Made by a program: the position numbers and the translations under genes. Shown piece after piece: positions 49,960 through 58,404 of a stretch of 64,000 bases of DNA; position 1 is the first letter of the stretch, and each line of letters begins with the position of its first letter. A model generated the notes under the pieces. That model saw only the letters and a program-made list of their open reading frames with translations. It was not told the DNA's origin and did not search any database. This DNA is from an uncultured Lachnospiraceae bacterium (GTDB taxonomy: Bacteria; Bacillota; Clostridia; Lachnospirales; Lachnospiraceae): assembly GCA_964544055.1 (NCBI GenBank), contig CAZJAA010000009.1, positions 5,459 through 69,458 of the forward strand, in the 5' to 3' direction.

Positions 49960-50637
49960 TTAGTTTGCAACTTTAACCATAGAATGTCTTACAACACTCT
50001 CTTTATACATATAGCCTTTCTGAAACTCTTCAACAATGATGTTTTCACCCACGTTTTCATCCTCTACATGCATCACTGCATTGTGAAAATCCGGGTTAAA
50101 CTCGCTGCCTACTGCTTCGATTGGCTTTACGCCTGTTTGTTCTAACACTGTCATAAAGTGCTTATACACCTTTTCCATACCCTGGGCAAAAGCATCATTT
50201 TCCATTACCTCCGGGGATACGGTTGCAAGGCCTCGTTCCATGTTATCGATAACCGGAAGGATTTTTTCTATAATGTCCTTTGCCCCGATTTCAAACATCT
50301 GGGATTTTTCCCGTTCCGAACGTTTTCTAAAATTGTCAAATTCTGCCATCTGACGCATCAGACGGTCGTTTAATTCTTCAATTTTTTCATCCTTTTTGTC
50401 TTTCTTTTCCTTCTTTTTAAAGAAGCCTTTCTTTTCTTCCGGTTCATCAGAAGTTTCCGCAGCCGTAGTTTCCGCTGCATCGCTTTCCGTGGTTTCCTCA
50501 TTTTCCGTGGTTTCCACTGTTTCTGCTGCACTCTCTGCAACACTTTCTGCAGCTTCCGACGTTTCCTGCTCCGTCACAGCTTCCTGTGTTTCTGCTGCAT
50601 CCATTTTTACCTGATTTTCTAAATCTTTGGCGTTCAC
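49960..50637 (-). CDS. grpE: Nucleotide exchange factor GrpE with an acidic N-terminal extension
   Basis: LMRQMAEFDNFRKRSEREK and the C-terminal FNPDFHNAVMHVE...GYMYKESVVRHSMVKVAN support the call. It probably uses a GTG start. Confidence 0.9.
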   Translation of the reverse strand: MNAKDLENQVKMDAAETQEAVTEQETSEAAESVAESAAETVETTENEETTESDAAETTAAETSDEPEEKKGFFKKKEKKDKKDEKIEELNDRLMRQMAEFDNFRKRSEREKSQMFEIGAKDIIEKILPVIDNMERGLATVSPEVMENDAFAQGMEKVYKHFMTVLEQTGVKPIEAVGSEFNPDFHNAVMHVEDENVGENIIVEEFQKGYMYKESVVRHSMVKVAN

Positions 50638-50654
50638 TTTCTCACGTCCTCTTT

Positions 50655-51686
50655 CTATTTCTTATATATTTCGTCCAGCTGGGTACGGATTGTTTTTAAA
50701 GTAGTAACTACTTTTTCATAATCCATTCGTTTTGGTCCGACAATACCTATCTTTCCATAAACACCATCTGTTAATTCATAAGTTGCTGTAACTACCGAAC
50801 AGTCTTTCATAGACTCCATGGTTGTTTCGTTTCCAATATACACCTGGATTTCATTGGAATCATCGGCTTCTTTTTTCATAAGCTCCGTAATTTCTTTTTT
50901 TTCTTCCAACGCATACAATAGCTGGGAAACGTTGTTATTATCACCAAGCTCCGGATACTTTAACATATTGGTTGCACCGCTTGTGTATACTTTAACCTTA
51001 TCCTCTTCTCCGATTGCCTGTGCAATGGCATCCAGAATATCACTGACAATGCCGCCAAATCCATCGGACTGCATTTTTATCTGTTGGATGACATCCAGAT
51101 TGATTTCGGATAAGTCAAGTCCCTGTAAATAAGTATTTAAAAGAATGTTCAGTTTTAAAATGACTTCTTTTTCTACCGGAACACTGGTGGCAATCATCTT
51201 GTTTTTTACAATATTGCCTTCAATCACAATAACTGCAAGCAACTGACCGGCATCCACCTCCGTCAACTGCAAAAATTTTACTTTGCGGCTGCGGTACATC
51301 GGTGTCGTTACCATGGCAGCATAATTGGTGTTGACTGCCAGAAGCTTTGTTACCTGCTCAAGCATGGTTTCCATTTTATCTGCCTTTGCAAGTTTTTCGC
51401 CGAGAAGTGTTTTCATTTCTTCCACTTCCTGCTCCCTAGTTTCCATCATGGTATCAACATAAAGACGATAACCTTTGTCGGAAGGAATGCGTCCTGCCGA
51501 AGTGTGTGGCTGGACAATGTAGCCCATTTCTTCTAAGTCAGCCATTTCGTTTCGAATTGTTGCCGAGCTTAAATTCAGGTCTGTAAACTTGGAAATGGTT
51601 CTGGAGCCTACTGGCTCACCTGTTTCCAGATAATTACGGATGATAGCCTGTAAGATTTTCAGTTTTCTGTCATCTAACCGCTCCAT
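50655..51686 (-). CDS. hrcA: Heat-inducible transcription repressor HrcA
   Basis: The sequence reads MERLDDRKLKILQAIIRNYLETGEPVGSRTISK...SSATIRNEMADLEEMGY. I moved the start to ATG 51686, which follows a GGAGG RBS. The track start at 51716 would run into the CIRCE element. Confidence 0.9.
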   Translation of the reverse strand: MERLDDRKLKILQAIIRNYLETGEPVGSRTISKFTDLNLSSATIRNEMADLEEMGYIVQPHTSAGRIPSDKGYRLYVDTMMETREQEVEEMKTLLGEKLAKADKMETMLEQVTKLLAVNTNYAAMVTTPMYRSRKVKFLQLTEVDAGQLLAVIVIEGNIVKNKMIATSVPVEKEVILKLNILLNTYLQGLDLSEINLDVIQQIKMQSDGFGGIVSDILDAIAQAIGEEDKVKVYTSGATNMLKYPELGDNNNVSQLLYALEEKKEITELMKKEADDSNEIQVYIGNETTMESMKDCSVVTATYELTDGVYGKIGIVGPKRMDYEKVVTTLKTIRTQLDEIYKK

Positions 51687-51709
51687 CTGGCGCCTCCGTT
51701 TCTTGGTTG

Positions 51710-51736
51710 TTAGCACTCGTTTGTTTGGAGTGCTAA
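51710..51736. promoter_or_regulatory. CIRCE operator (HrcA binding site)
   Basis: This is a perfect consensus, TTAGCACTC-N9-GAGTGCTAA, lying between the promoter and the hrcA RBS. Confidence 0.95.
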
Positions 51737-51750
51737 CACCTTATGGATAT

Positions 51751-51779
51751 AAAATAGCACCTGACGGAAGAAATGTCAA
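51751..51779 (-). promoter_or_regulatory. Sigma-A-type promoter of the hrcA-grpE-dnaK-dnaJ operon
   Basis: Minus strand reads TTGACA (51779-74), a 17-nt spacer, then TATTTT (51756-51). It lies immediately upstream of CIRCE. Confidence 0.6.
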
Positions 51780-51797
51780 GTGCTATTCTGAAAGTTT

Positions 51798-53663
51798 TTA
51801 TTTTTTAATATAACGGAACGTAACTTCCATTGTTGTTACTTCTCCAAACAAATTCTGGTCAAGTGGACATGGGGTACAGTTATTTACGCTTCCCATCATG
51901 GATCTTGCTTCCACCGGAAGCGTAGTTACCCATGCATTATATAAATTTACTCTGGTGCAGATTCCGTCATCACTTGTTGTATAAGGCAGACCGGACATGG
52001 ATACGGTTTCACCATTAAGCTTGATTTCCGTAACGTGCATAATATAACCAGGGAACAACGTTTCACCATTTCCGATTCCAACGGCACAGAAAGTAACTCC
52101 ATTGGCATAGCCAGCAGAAGTTCCTGTAAAATCCAGAGCCACGGTATAAGTACCCTCACCTGTAACTTCCACATCCGTTGCCACCAGACCTGCTGTTGCC
52201 GAAGCCGGTGCATAGGTGTCACCCACGCTGTAGCTGGTGCTCCAGTCACTGGAAGTATACATAATCCATGCTTTTGCTTCATCCGGAGCCAGAGCTTCTG
52301 CTTCCGGAGCTGCTTCCAGAATTTCTGTCATGCGATACTCTGCGGTTTCTTTCACGTTTTCCATTTTCAGCTTCATCTGTGCTTCGTAATTTCTTGTAAG
52401 GAAGAAATCTTTGTATTCCTCAATCAGTGCACAATTGTAACGATTATACATATTATTGCAGTCCCAGAGAACCGGGCAATAGCCATACAAATCGCAGTTG
52501 GCAAGATAATTTTCCATATACAGGGTTCTGTTGTTCTTGACAGCGTTATTTTCAAATAAAACACCCCATTCGCCAATGACAACTCCATAGCCCTGCTCTG
52601 TAAATTGAGTCATCATTTTCAGAGTGTCGTTCATATACTGAATTTCCTGCTTGCTGCCCCAGTCTTCCACGCTGGTAAAAATACAGTAGTTAGATGGATC
52701 ATAATAATGTACGGATACTAACAGCTTATTTTCTACGATATCTGTTGGCATCTGGAATCTTGCATCACAGGTGTTTGCGATATTCGTATTGGTGCCGGCA
52801 ATTAAAAGGAAGCGATCTGCATTGTTTCCTCCGGTGCTTCTTACCGTGTCCACAAATGCCTGATTAATTTTATTTGCTGTTGTATACCACTCATCTTCCG
52901 TAAGTGTTCCGGAATCTGCACAGACATCCGTATCATTTAAACGATTTCCAAGCTCTTCGTTACCGGATTCAAAAATCAGCTTGTAAGACTTATCAGCATA
53001 CTCCGTAGCAATTTGCGTCCACATTTCTATGTACATCTCCATTGCCGCTTCTCTGGTCACTTCCGTGGCAGAACCAAACATTCCCCACCAGCCGCCGTCC
53101 CAGTGGTCATTGACAATGACAAACATATCGGCATTAAGTGCGTAGTCGATGATTTCGCCCACACGGTCTAAATAAGACTGATTGATGGTATAATCCCCAT
53201 CTTCATAATTCATGGCATTGGTCCAGGCTACCGGCACCCGAAGGGTATCAAAGCCTGCTTTCTTCATGCCATCCACCATTTCCTGAGTTGTTACTGGCTG
53301 ACCCCAAGCAGTTTCATATTTGGAAGTATCCGCTCCAACACCATAATTGGAACGTCCATACGCCTCCATGGTGTTTCCAAGGTTAATGCCGTTGCCCATT
53401 TGTTCCGATACTTCTAAAGCTGTTGCATTTTTCAAATAAGAAGACAATTCATCCGGCAGATCTGATACTGGTCCTGTTGGCGGTGTCGGTTCTGCCGTTG
53501 GTTCCGGTGCTTTGGTTGCTTCTGTCTCTGCTTTGGTCGGCTCCGGTGTTACTGTTTCGGTTTGTGTGTTTTTCGGCTGTTCTGCGTTTCCACAGCCTGC
53601 TGCTCCGGCAAGCAAGGCTGCCGAAAGCAGCAGTGTTGCCAGTTTTTTCATTGTTTTTTTCAT
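51798..53663 (-). CDS. Glycoside hydrolase family 5 (cellulase-type) lipoprotein with an uncharacterised C-terminal domain of about 170 aa
   Basis: The lipobox is LLAGAAG-C, followed by a P/T/E linker. GH5 blocks are GINLGNTMEA, FESGNEEL (acid/base), SVHYYDP and VIGEWGV (nucleophile). I prefer ATG 53663, which lies 9 nt after AGGAGG. Confidence 0.8.
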   Translation of the reverse strand: MKKTMKKLATLLLSAALLAGAAGCGNAEQPKNTQTETVTPEPTKAETEATKAPEPTAEPTPPTGPVSDLPDELSSYLKNATALEVSEQMGNGINLGNTMEAYGRSNYGVGADTSKYETAWGQPVTTQEMVDGMKKAGFDTLRVPVAWTNAMNYEDGDYTINQSYLDRVGEIIDYALNADMFVIVNDHWDGGWWGMFGSATEVTREAAMEMYIEMWTQIATEYADKSYKLIFESGNEELGNRLNDTDVCADSGTLTEDEWYTTANKINQAFVDTVRSTGGNNADRFLLIAGTNTNIANTCDARFQMPTDIVENKLLVSVHYYDPSNYCIFTSVEDWGSKQEIQYMNDTLKMMTQFTEQGYGVVIGEWGVLFENNAVKNNRTLYMENYLANCDLYGYCPVLWDCNNMYNRYNCALIEEYKDFFLTRNYEAQMKLKMENVKETAEYRMTEILEAAPEAEALAPDEAKAWIMYTSSDWSTSYSVGDTYAPASATAGLVATDVEVTGEGTYTVALDFTGTSAGYANGVTFCAVGIGNGETLFPGYIMHVTEIKLNGETVSMSGLPYTTSDDGICTRVNLYNAWVTTLPVEARSMMGSVNNCTPCPLDQNLFGEVTTMEVTFRYIKK

Positions 53664-53678
53664 TTGATACATCCTCCT

Positions 53679-53726
53679 GGTTCATATTTTGGTTCATATT
53701 TTGGTTCATATTTTGGTTTATATTCA
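53679..53726. repeat. 12-nt tandem repeat, 4 copies, abutting the GH5 RBS
   Basis: The plus strand has GGTTCATATTTT three times, then GGTTTATATTCA. On the minus strand this reads ATAAACCAAAAT, then (ATGAACCAAAAT) three times, then ATGAACCAGGAGG. Confidence 0.9.
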
Positions 53727-53754
53727 GATATTTTCTGCAATAGGTTTTATACTT

Positions 53755-53924
53755 GATGATGCTGTGGCTAGCGATATCTTGACTAATGATTTAGCAAAAG
53801 GTCGCACGACTTTGTCGTGCTGACATATTTGCATAGGAAAGCATCTTGAAAAATGAGTTTTTCAGAGTGCTTTCCTATGCAAATGTTTCACATCACGTTG
53901 TGATGTGAACTTTTGCCACATCAT
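53755..53924. other. Multi-hairpin inverted-repeat element of about 170 nt (candidate structured RNA or terminator complex)
   Basis: The closing pairing is GATGATGCTGTGGC (53755-68) plus GCAAAAG (53793-99) against CTTTTGCCACATCAT (53910-24). The internal hairpins are 53801-24, 53825-86 (19-bp stem) and 53887-909. Confidence 0.5.
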
Positions 53925-54010
53925 GGCGATAGTAACGTCATAGCAATAATAACATCATAGTAACAGTAACATCATAACATCATAATATCATAATACCATA
54001 ATAGTAACAC
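53921..54010. repeat. Degenerate ATGATGTT(A) repeat tract
   Basis: The minus strand reads TATGGTATTATGATATTATGATGTTATGATGTTACTGTTACTATGATGTTATTATTGCTATGACGTTACTATCGCCATGATG. Confidence 0.8.
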
Positions 54011-54052
54011 AAGAATCATTGTAATACTTCATACACAGTTCTTCTTTTTCAG

Positions 54053-55252
54053 CTACCGTCGCACAAACTCCTCTGGTACAAATTCTAAAAACACCTGGTT
54101 GCTTACGTCAATTCCGGCATCCGTCAGAGCAATCCGGTCACCGTCGGTTACGAGAAGCTCCAGCTTTTTCAATTTCTGCAAGGCAGTTCCGTACACGGTT
54201 TCAATTGGTCTGCCAAACCGCTTTTGAAATTCTTCCCGGCTGACACCGCACATCCGGCGGAGTCCTAAAATCATAAATTCTTCCATCTGCTCCGATTCTA
54301 CCAGCCGTTCGATTTCGCGGCGGACATCCCTTCCTGCCTCTGCATCCTCCATATAAACTGACAAATCTGTTTCGTTATGATATCTCGCATTGGTAAACAA
54401 TGAAGATGCTCCTAAGCCCACGCCAATATATTCGGTGCCCATCCAGTAAGAGGAATTGTGCCTGCTTTCAAAGCCCGGTTTTGCATAGTTGGATATTTCG
54501 TAGCGTTCATAACCCGCCTTGCACAGACGCTCCTTTGTATACGCATACATGGCACGGTCAGTTTCCTCCTCTGGCAAATCTGCCCGCTTTTCTTTGCCTT
54601 CGGCATACTGCTCATAAAACGGTGTTCCTTCTTCCACAATTAAGCTATAGGAAGAAATATGCTCCGGATTTAAGGAAAGAATTGCTTCTACATTTTCTTT
54701 ATAATCCTCCAGTGTCTGCAAAGGCAAGGCAGAAATCAAATCCACACTGATATTTTCAAATCCAGCTTTCCTTGCCCAGGCTACCGTATTATTTGCATCT
54801 TCAAAGGTATGAATTCTGCCAAGCAGTGCAAGCTCCTCCTGCTTTGCCGACTGCACTCCGATACTTAAGCGGTTGATGCCAAGCTCCCGGTAACGCACCA
54901 GCTTGTCCTTTGTTACTGTTTTCGGATTTACTTCCAGCGTCACCTCCGCTTCTTCCATCGCAATCGTAAAACTATTCTGAATGGTTTTTAGTATCAGTTC
55001 CAACAGCTCCACCGGAAGCACTGATGGCGTACCGCCGCCAAAATACAGCGTTTTCAACTCATACTCTTTGGTCAGCTCCTGATATTCTGCAATTTCTCTG
55101 CACAACGCATCTACATACCTTTTTTTTACTGTCTCATCCGCCGGTGCCGATAAAAAATCGCAGTAATTGCACTTCTTGACACAAAACGGTATATGCACAT
55201 ACAAACCAAGCAGCTTTTTGGGTTCCGTTTTTTTCTTTTTTAAAAATAACAC
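54053..55252 (-). CDS. hemW: Radical-SAM heme chaperone HemW (HemN-like, oxygen-independent coproporphyrinogen oxidase family)
   Basis: It reads LYVHIPFCVKKCNYCDF (CxxxCxxC) and YFGGGTPS. At 399 aa it is positioned after lepA, as in Bacillus and Clostridium. It uses a GTG start. Confidence 0.85.
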   Translation of the reverse strand: MLFLKKKKTEPKKLLGLYVHIPFCVKKCNYCDFLSAPADETVKKRYVDALCREIAEYQELTKEYELKTLYFGGGTPSVLPVELLELILKTIQNSFTIAMEEAEVTLEVNPKTVTKDKLVRYRELGINRLSIGVQSAKQEELALLGRIHTFEDANNTVAWARKAGFENISVDLISALPLQTLEDYKENVEAILSLNPEHISSYSLIVEEGTPFYEQYAEGKEKRADLPEEETDRAMYAYTKERLCKAGYERYEISNYAKPGFESRHNSSYWMGTEYIGVGLGASSLFTNARYHNETDLSVYMEDAEAGRDVRREIERLVESEQMEEFMILGLRRMCGVSREEFQKRFGRPIETVYGTALQKLKKLELLVTDGDRIALTDAGIDVSNQVFLEFVPEEFVRR

Positions 55253-55338
55253 TGTCAGTCTGCCTCTTTTCTAAGCAGATATGTCTGCTGATACAGACAT
55301 ATCCAATCATAAACCCGAATTGTTCCGCACCGATTATA

Positions 55339-57153
55339 CTAATCCTCGTCCAATTTCAGTACGCTCATGAACGCTTTCTGCGGAATTTCCACATTTCCGA
55401 CCTGTCTCATGCGCTTTTTGCCTTCCTTCTGCTTTTCCAGAAGCTTTTTCTTTCTGGAAATATCACCGCCATAGCACTTGGCAAGTACATCCTTACGCAT
55501 TGCTTTTACGGTCTCTCTGGCAATGATTTTGCTTCCGATGGCTGCCTGAATCGGAATTTCAAACAGATGTCTCGGAATTTCATCCTTTAAGCGTTCGCAC
55601 ATCCTGCGTCCACGCTCATATGCCGTATCTGCATGTACAATAAACGATAAGGCATCCACTTCTTCTTTGTTGATTAAAATATCCAGCTTAACAAGCTCGG
55701 ACGGTACATAGCCCTTTAATTCATAGTCAAATGACGCATAGCCTTTGGAACGGGATTTCAGTGCATCAAAGAAATCATAAATGATTTCGTTTAACGGAAG
55801 CTCATACCGAAGCAGTGCCCTGGTCTGTTCCATATATTCCATGCCAAGATAAACACCGCGCCGCTCCTGACACAGCGTCATGATAGCTCCGACAAACTCG
55901 GTCGTTACCATAATTTCCGCAGAAACCATCGGCTCCTCCATATGCTCAATTTCAGATGGATCCGGCAGATTGGACGGATTGGTAATATCAATAACCTCTC
56001 CATCGGTTTTATATACCTTATAAATAACGCTCGGTGCCGTAGTCACCAAATCAAGGTTATATTCCCTCTCTAAACGCTCCTGAATAATTTCCAGATGCAA
56101 AAGTCCAAGGAAACCACAGCGGAAGCCAAAGCCTAGCGCAATGGAAGTTTCCGGCTCATAAAACAGCGAAGCATCGTTTAACTGAAGCTTTTCCAGTGCA
56201 TCCCGCAAATCCGGATACTTGGCTCCATCCGCAGGATACATTCCACAGTACACCATCGGATTGACCTTTTTATATCCCGGCAAAGGTTCTGCACATGGGC
56301 GGTCAGCATCGGTCACAGTATCACCCACACGAGTATCCTTTACATTTTTTAAGCTTGCTGTAATATAACCTACCATGCCGGCAGAAAGCTCCTCGCACGG
56401 AATAAACTGACCCGGTCCGAAAATACCGATTTCCACAACTTCTGCCATTGCACTGGTTGCCATCATTTTAATTTTTGTGCCTTTCTTCACCGTACCTTCC
56501 ATGATACGAATGAACACAATAACGCCCTTGTAGGAATCATAAATCGAATCGAAAATAAGTGCCTGAAGCGGTGCCTGTGCATCTCCCTTCGGAGCCGGCA
56601 CCTTTTTTACAATTGCTTCTAACACATCTTCAATATTTAATCCGTTTTTTGCAGAAATAAGCGGAGCATCCTCGGCTTCCAGACCAATGACATCCTCAAT
56701 TTCAGCAATGACACGCTGTGGCTCTGCACTTGGCAGGTCAATTTTATTAATGACCGGAATAACATCCAGATTATGATCAATTGCAAGGTACACATTCGCC
56801 AGCGTCTGTGCCTCAATTCCTTGCGCCGCATCCACAACCAGCACTGCACCCTCACAGGCAGCGAGGCTTCTTGAAACCTCGTAGTTAAAGTCTACATGTC
56901 CCGGCGTATCAATGAGATTAAAAATATATTCTTCACCATTCTTCGCCTTGTAAACCGTACGCACCGTCTGAGCCTTGATTGTAATTCCACGCTCCCGTTC
57001 CAGTTCCATGTTATCTAGCACCTGTGCCTGCATTTCGCGGCTGGTAAGCAGACCTGTTTTTTCGATAATACGGTCTGCCAGGGTAGATTTACCATGGTCG
57101 ATATGTGCTATAATACAGAAATTTCTGATTTTACTCTGGTCAATTGCTGCCAT
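55339..57153 (-). CDS. lepA: Translation elongation factor 4 (LepA)
   Basis: Motifs are [28 protein letters not shown] and NKIDL. The 604-aa protein ends with the LepA-specific C-terminus ...[19 protein letters not shown]. Confidence 0.95.
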   Translation of the reverse strand: MAAIDQSKIRNFCIIAHIDHGKSTLADRIIEKTGLLTSREMQAQVLDNMELERERGITIKAQTVRTVYKAKNGEEYIFNLIDTPGHVDFNYEVSRSLAACEGAVLVVDAAQGIEAQTLANVYLAIDHNLDVIPVINKIDLPSAEPQRVIAEIEDVIGLEAEDAPLISAKNGLNIEDVLEAIVKKVPAPKGDAQAPLQALIFDSIYDSYKGVIVFIRIMEGTVKKGTKIKMMATSAMAEVVEIGIFGPGQFIPCEELSAGMVGYITASLKNVKDTRVGDTVTDADRPCAEPLPGYKKVNPMVYCGMYPADGAKYPDLRDALEKLQLNDASLFYEPETSIALGFGFRCGFLGLLHLEIIQERLEREYNLDLVTTAPSVIYKVYKTDGEVIDITNPSNLPDPSEIEHMEEPMVSAEIMVTTEFVGAIMTLCQERRGVYLGMEYMEQTRALLRYELPLNEIIYDFFDALKSRSKGYASFDYELKGYVPSELVKLDILINKEEVDALSFIVHADTAYERGRRMCERLKDEIPRHLFEIPIQAAIGSKIIARETVKAMRKDVLAKCYGGDISRKKKLLEKQKEGKKRMRQVGNVEIPQKAFMSVLKLDED

Positions 57154-57246
57154 TGTATTTCCTCCTAATTATAATAAAACATCCTTTTCATTGCTATTGT
57201 AAAAATTCTTGATATACTACCTTACTTTTGCGTGCTGCCAATTGAA

Positions 57247-57275
57247 ATAGTAACTGATTCTTTGAAATCTGTCAA
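57247..57275 (-). promoter_or_regulatory. Sigma-A-type promoter upstream of lepA
   Basis: Minus strand reads TTGACA (57275-70), a 17-nt spacer, then TACTAT (57252-47). It lies about 95 nt upstream of the lepA ATG. Confidence 0.5.
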
Positions 57276-57312
57276 GAAATTACTGCTTCCCGGCAGGAGT
57301 AAGTCGTTATGC

Positions 57313-58404
57313 TTATCCGCCAAGCACCTGACTCAACACATCCGCCAACGGCTCCATTGCATTTTTTGCTTCTTCCACAGTATTCTGCTCTGTTCCAAGC
57401 TCAATCAACAGATACCGTTCTTTCAAATGCATGTTGTAACGGTAATCCTTTAAAAAAATACGGTTCATCAGCCCCGGATACAGTTCGTCTCCTATCAGCT
57501 TCATCTGGAAACTGAACGCAAGATTATCCTTTAAATTTTTATTTGGAAGATACGTCAGCTTTCCCTTGGTATTCCGGCAAAGACCATTAAACAGCATTAC
57601 CTTTGCAGTCGGCTTTCCATTGATGGTTGCAACACGCCTTGCTCCTGCATCCCGGTGCAAATCAATGATTACTTCAATGGACGGATATTGTTCCAGCAGC
57701 TCCTCCAGATAGTCCAGAGCATCATTATACGCATAATTCCGGTTATCTTTTCCGTTTTTCATATCAAACACAGTGGTATCATGCAGCACCTGATAACCGT
57801 ACTTTTCCTGCAGAATATCCGCAAGCAGTGCTCCTGCTCCCCTTACCGTATCCTCGGCTTCCCCCGGTCTGCTGTCTGAAAATCCTTCCGAAGCATGCGT
57901 ATGAAAAATCAAAATCTGCGGGCCGTCTGTTTTTTCCACAGACAAATCTCTGGAAATAAAATAATCTGCATCAAATTCTTCGCTCGTCATCTTAGTCGTG
58001 GCATTGACTATGTACAGATTTTCTTTTAAATACGTCAAATTTTGCAGTTGTTCCATTGTATAGCTTTTTTTAACGATCTCTGCCACCTGAATACTTTCTT
58101 TAGGGATTTCAAACGCAAGTGGCTTTGGTGTAACCGTTGGTGAAGGTTCCGGTGTAGCAGACGGCACCGGAATCTGTACACCGATATTTTCCTTTTTCAG
58201 TAAAGCTTCATTTCCCTGTGCAAACTCCACGTTCAGAAAACCGCTCGATACCGGCTCGTCCGCCTCTGTTGCAGCTGTCTGCTGTTTTTCCAAACCATTT
58301 CCATCCTTGGCACTTTTTGCAACGGGCAATGCTTTTGTAAATAAAAAAAAGAAGCAAAGCAGCAAAATAAGTTCTATTTTAAATTCCTTTTTTTTGATTG
58401 ACAC
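57313..58404 (-). CDS. spoIIP: Stage II sporulation protein P
   Basis: It has an N-terminal TM helix, ILIFHTHASEGF and IIDLHRDA... blocks typical of SpoIIP, and sits downstream of gpr. The start is uncertain: GTG 58404 after AGGTGGG, or GTG 58416. Confidence 0.75.
   Translation of the reverse strand: MSIKKKEFKIELILLLCFFFLFTKALPVAKSAKDGNGLEKQQTAATEADEPVSSGFLNVEFAQGNEALLKKENIGVQIPVPSATPEPSPTVTPKPLAFEIPKESIQVAEIVKKSYTMEQLQNLTYLKENLYIVNATTKMTSEEFDADYFISRDLSVEKTDGPQILIFHTHASEGFSDSRPGEAEDTVRGAGALLADILQEKYGYQVLHDTTVFDMKNGKDNRNYAYNDALDYLEELLEQYPSIEVIIDLHRDAGARRVATINGKPTAKVMLFNGLCRNTKGKLTYLPNKNLKDNLAFSFQMKLIGDELYPGLMNRIFLKDYRYNMHLKERYLLIELGTEQNTVEEAKNAMEPLADVLSQVLGG

Noticed and set aside
51687-51716. 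Longer hrcA start from the ORF track (MLTTKKRRRQ...), with similar over-extended starts for gpr (59356), ireB (38901), the beta-propeller gene (62892), the DUF815 gene (23131), rsuA (5130) and trmR (35381)
   Set aside because: In each case a downstream ATG has a proper Shine-Dalgarno sequence at 5-10 nt. The extension also overlaps an operator, a hairpin or the upstream gene.
53449-53709. 86-aa ORF beginning MNQNMNQNMNQEDV... on the minus strand
   Set aside because: It is generated by the 12-nt tandem repeat (each unit carries an ATG). It overlaps the GH5 signal-peptide region in another frame, its composition is unlike a real protein, and it has no RBS of its own.
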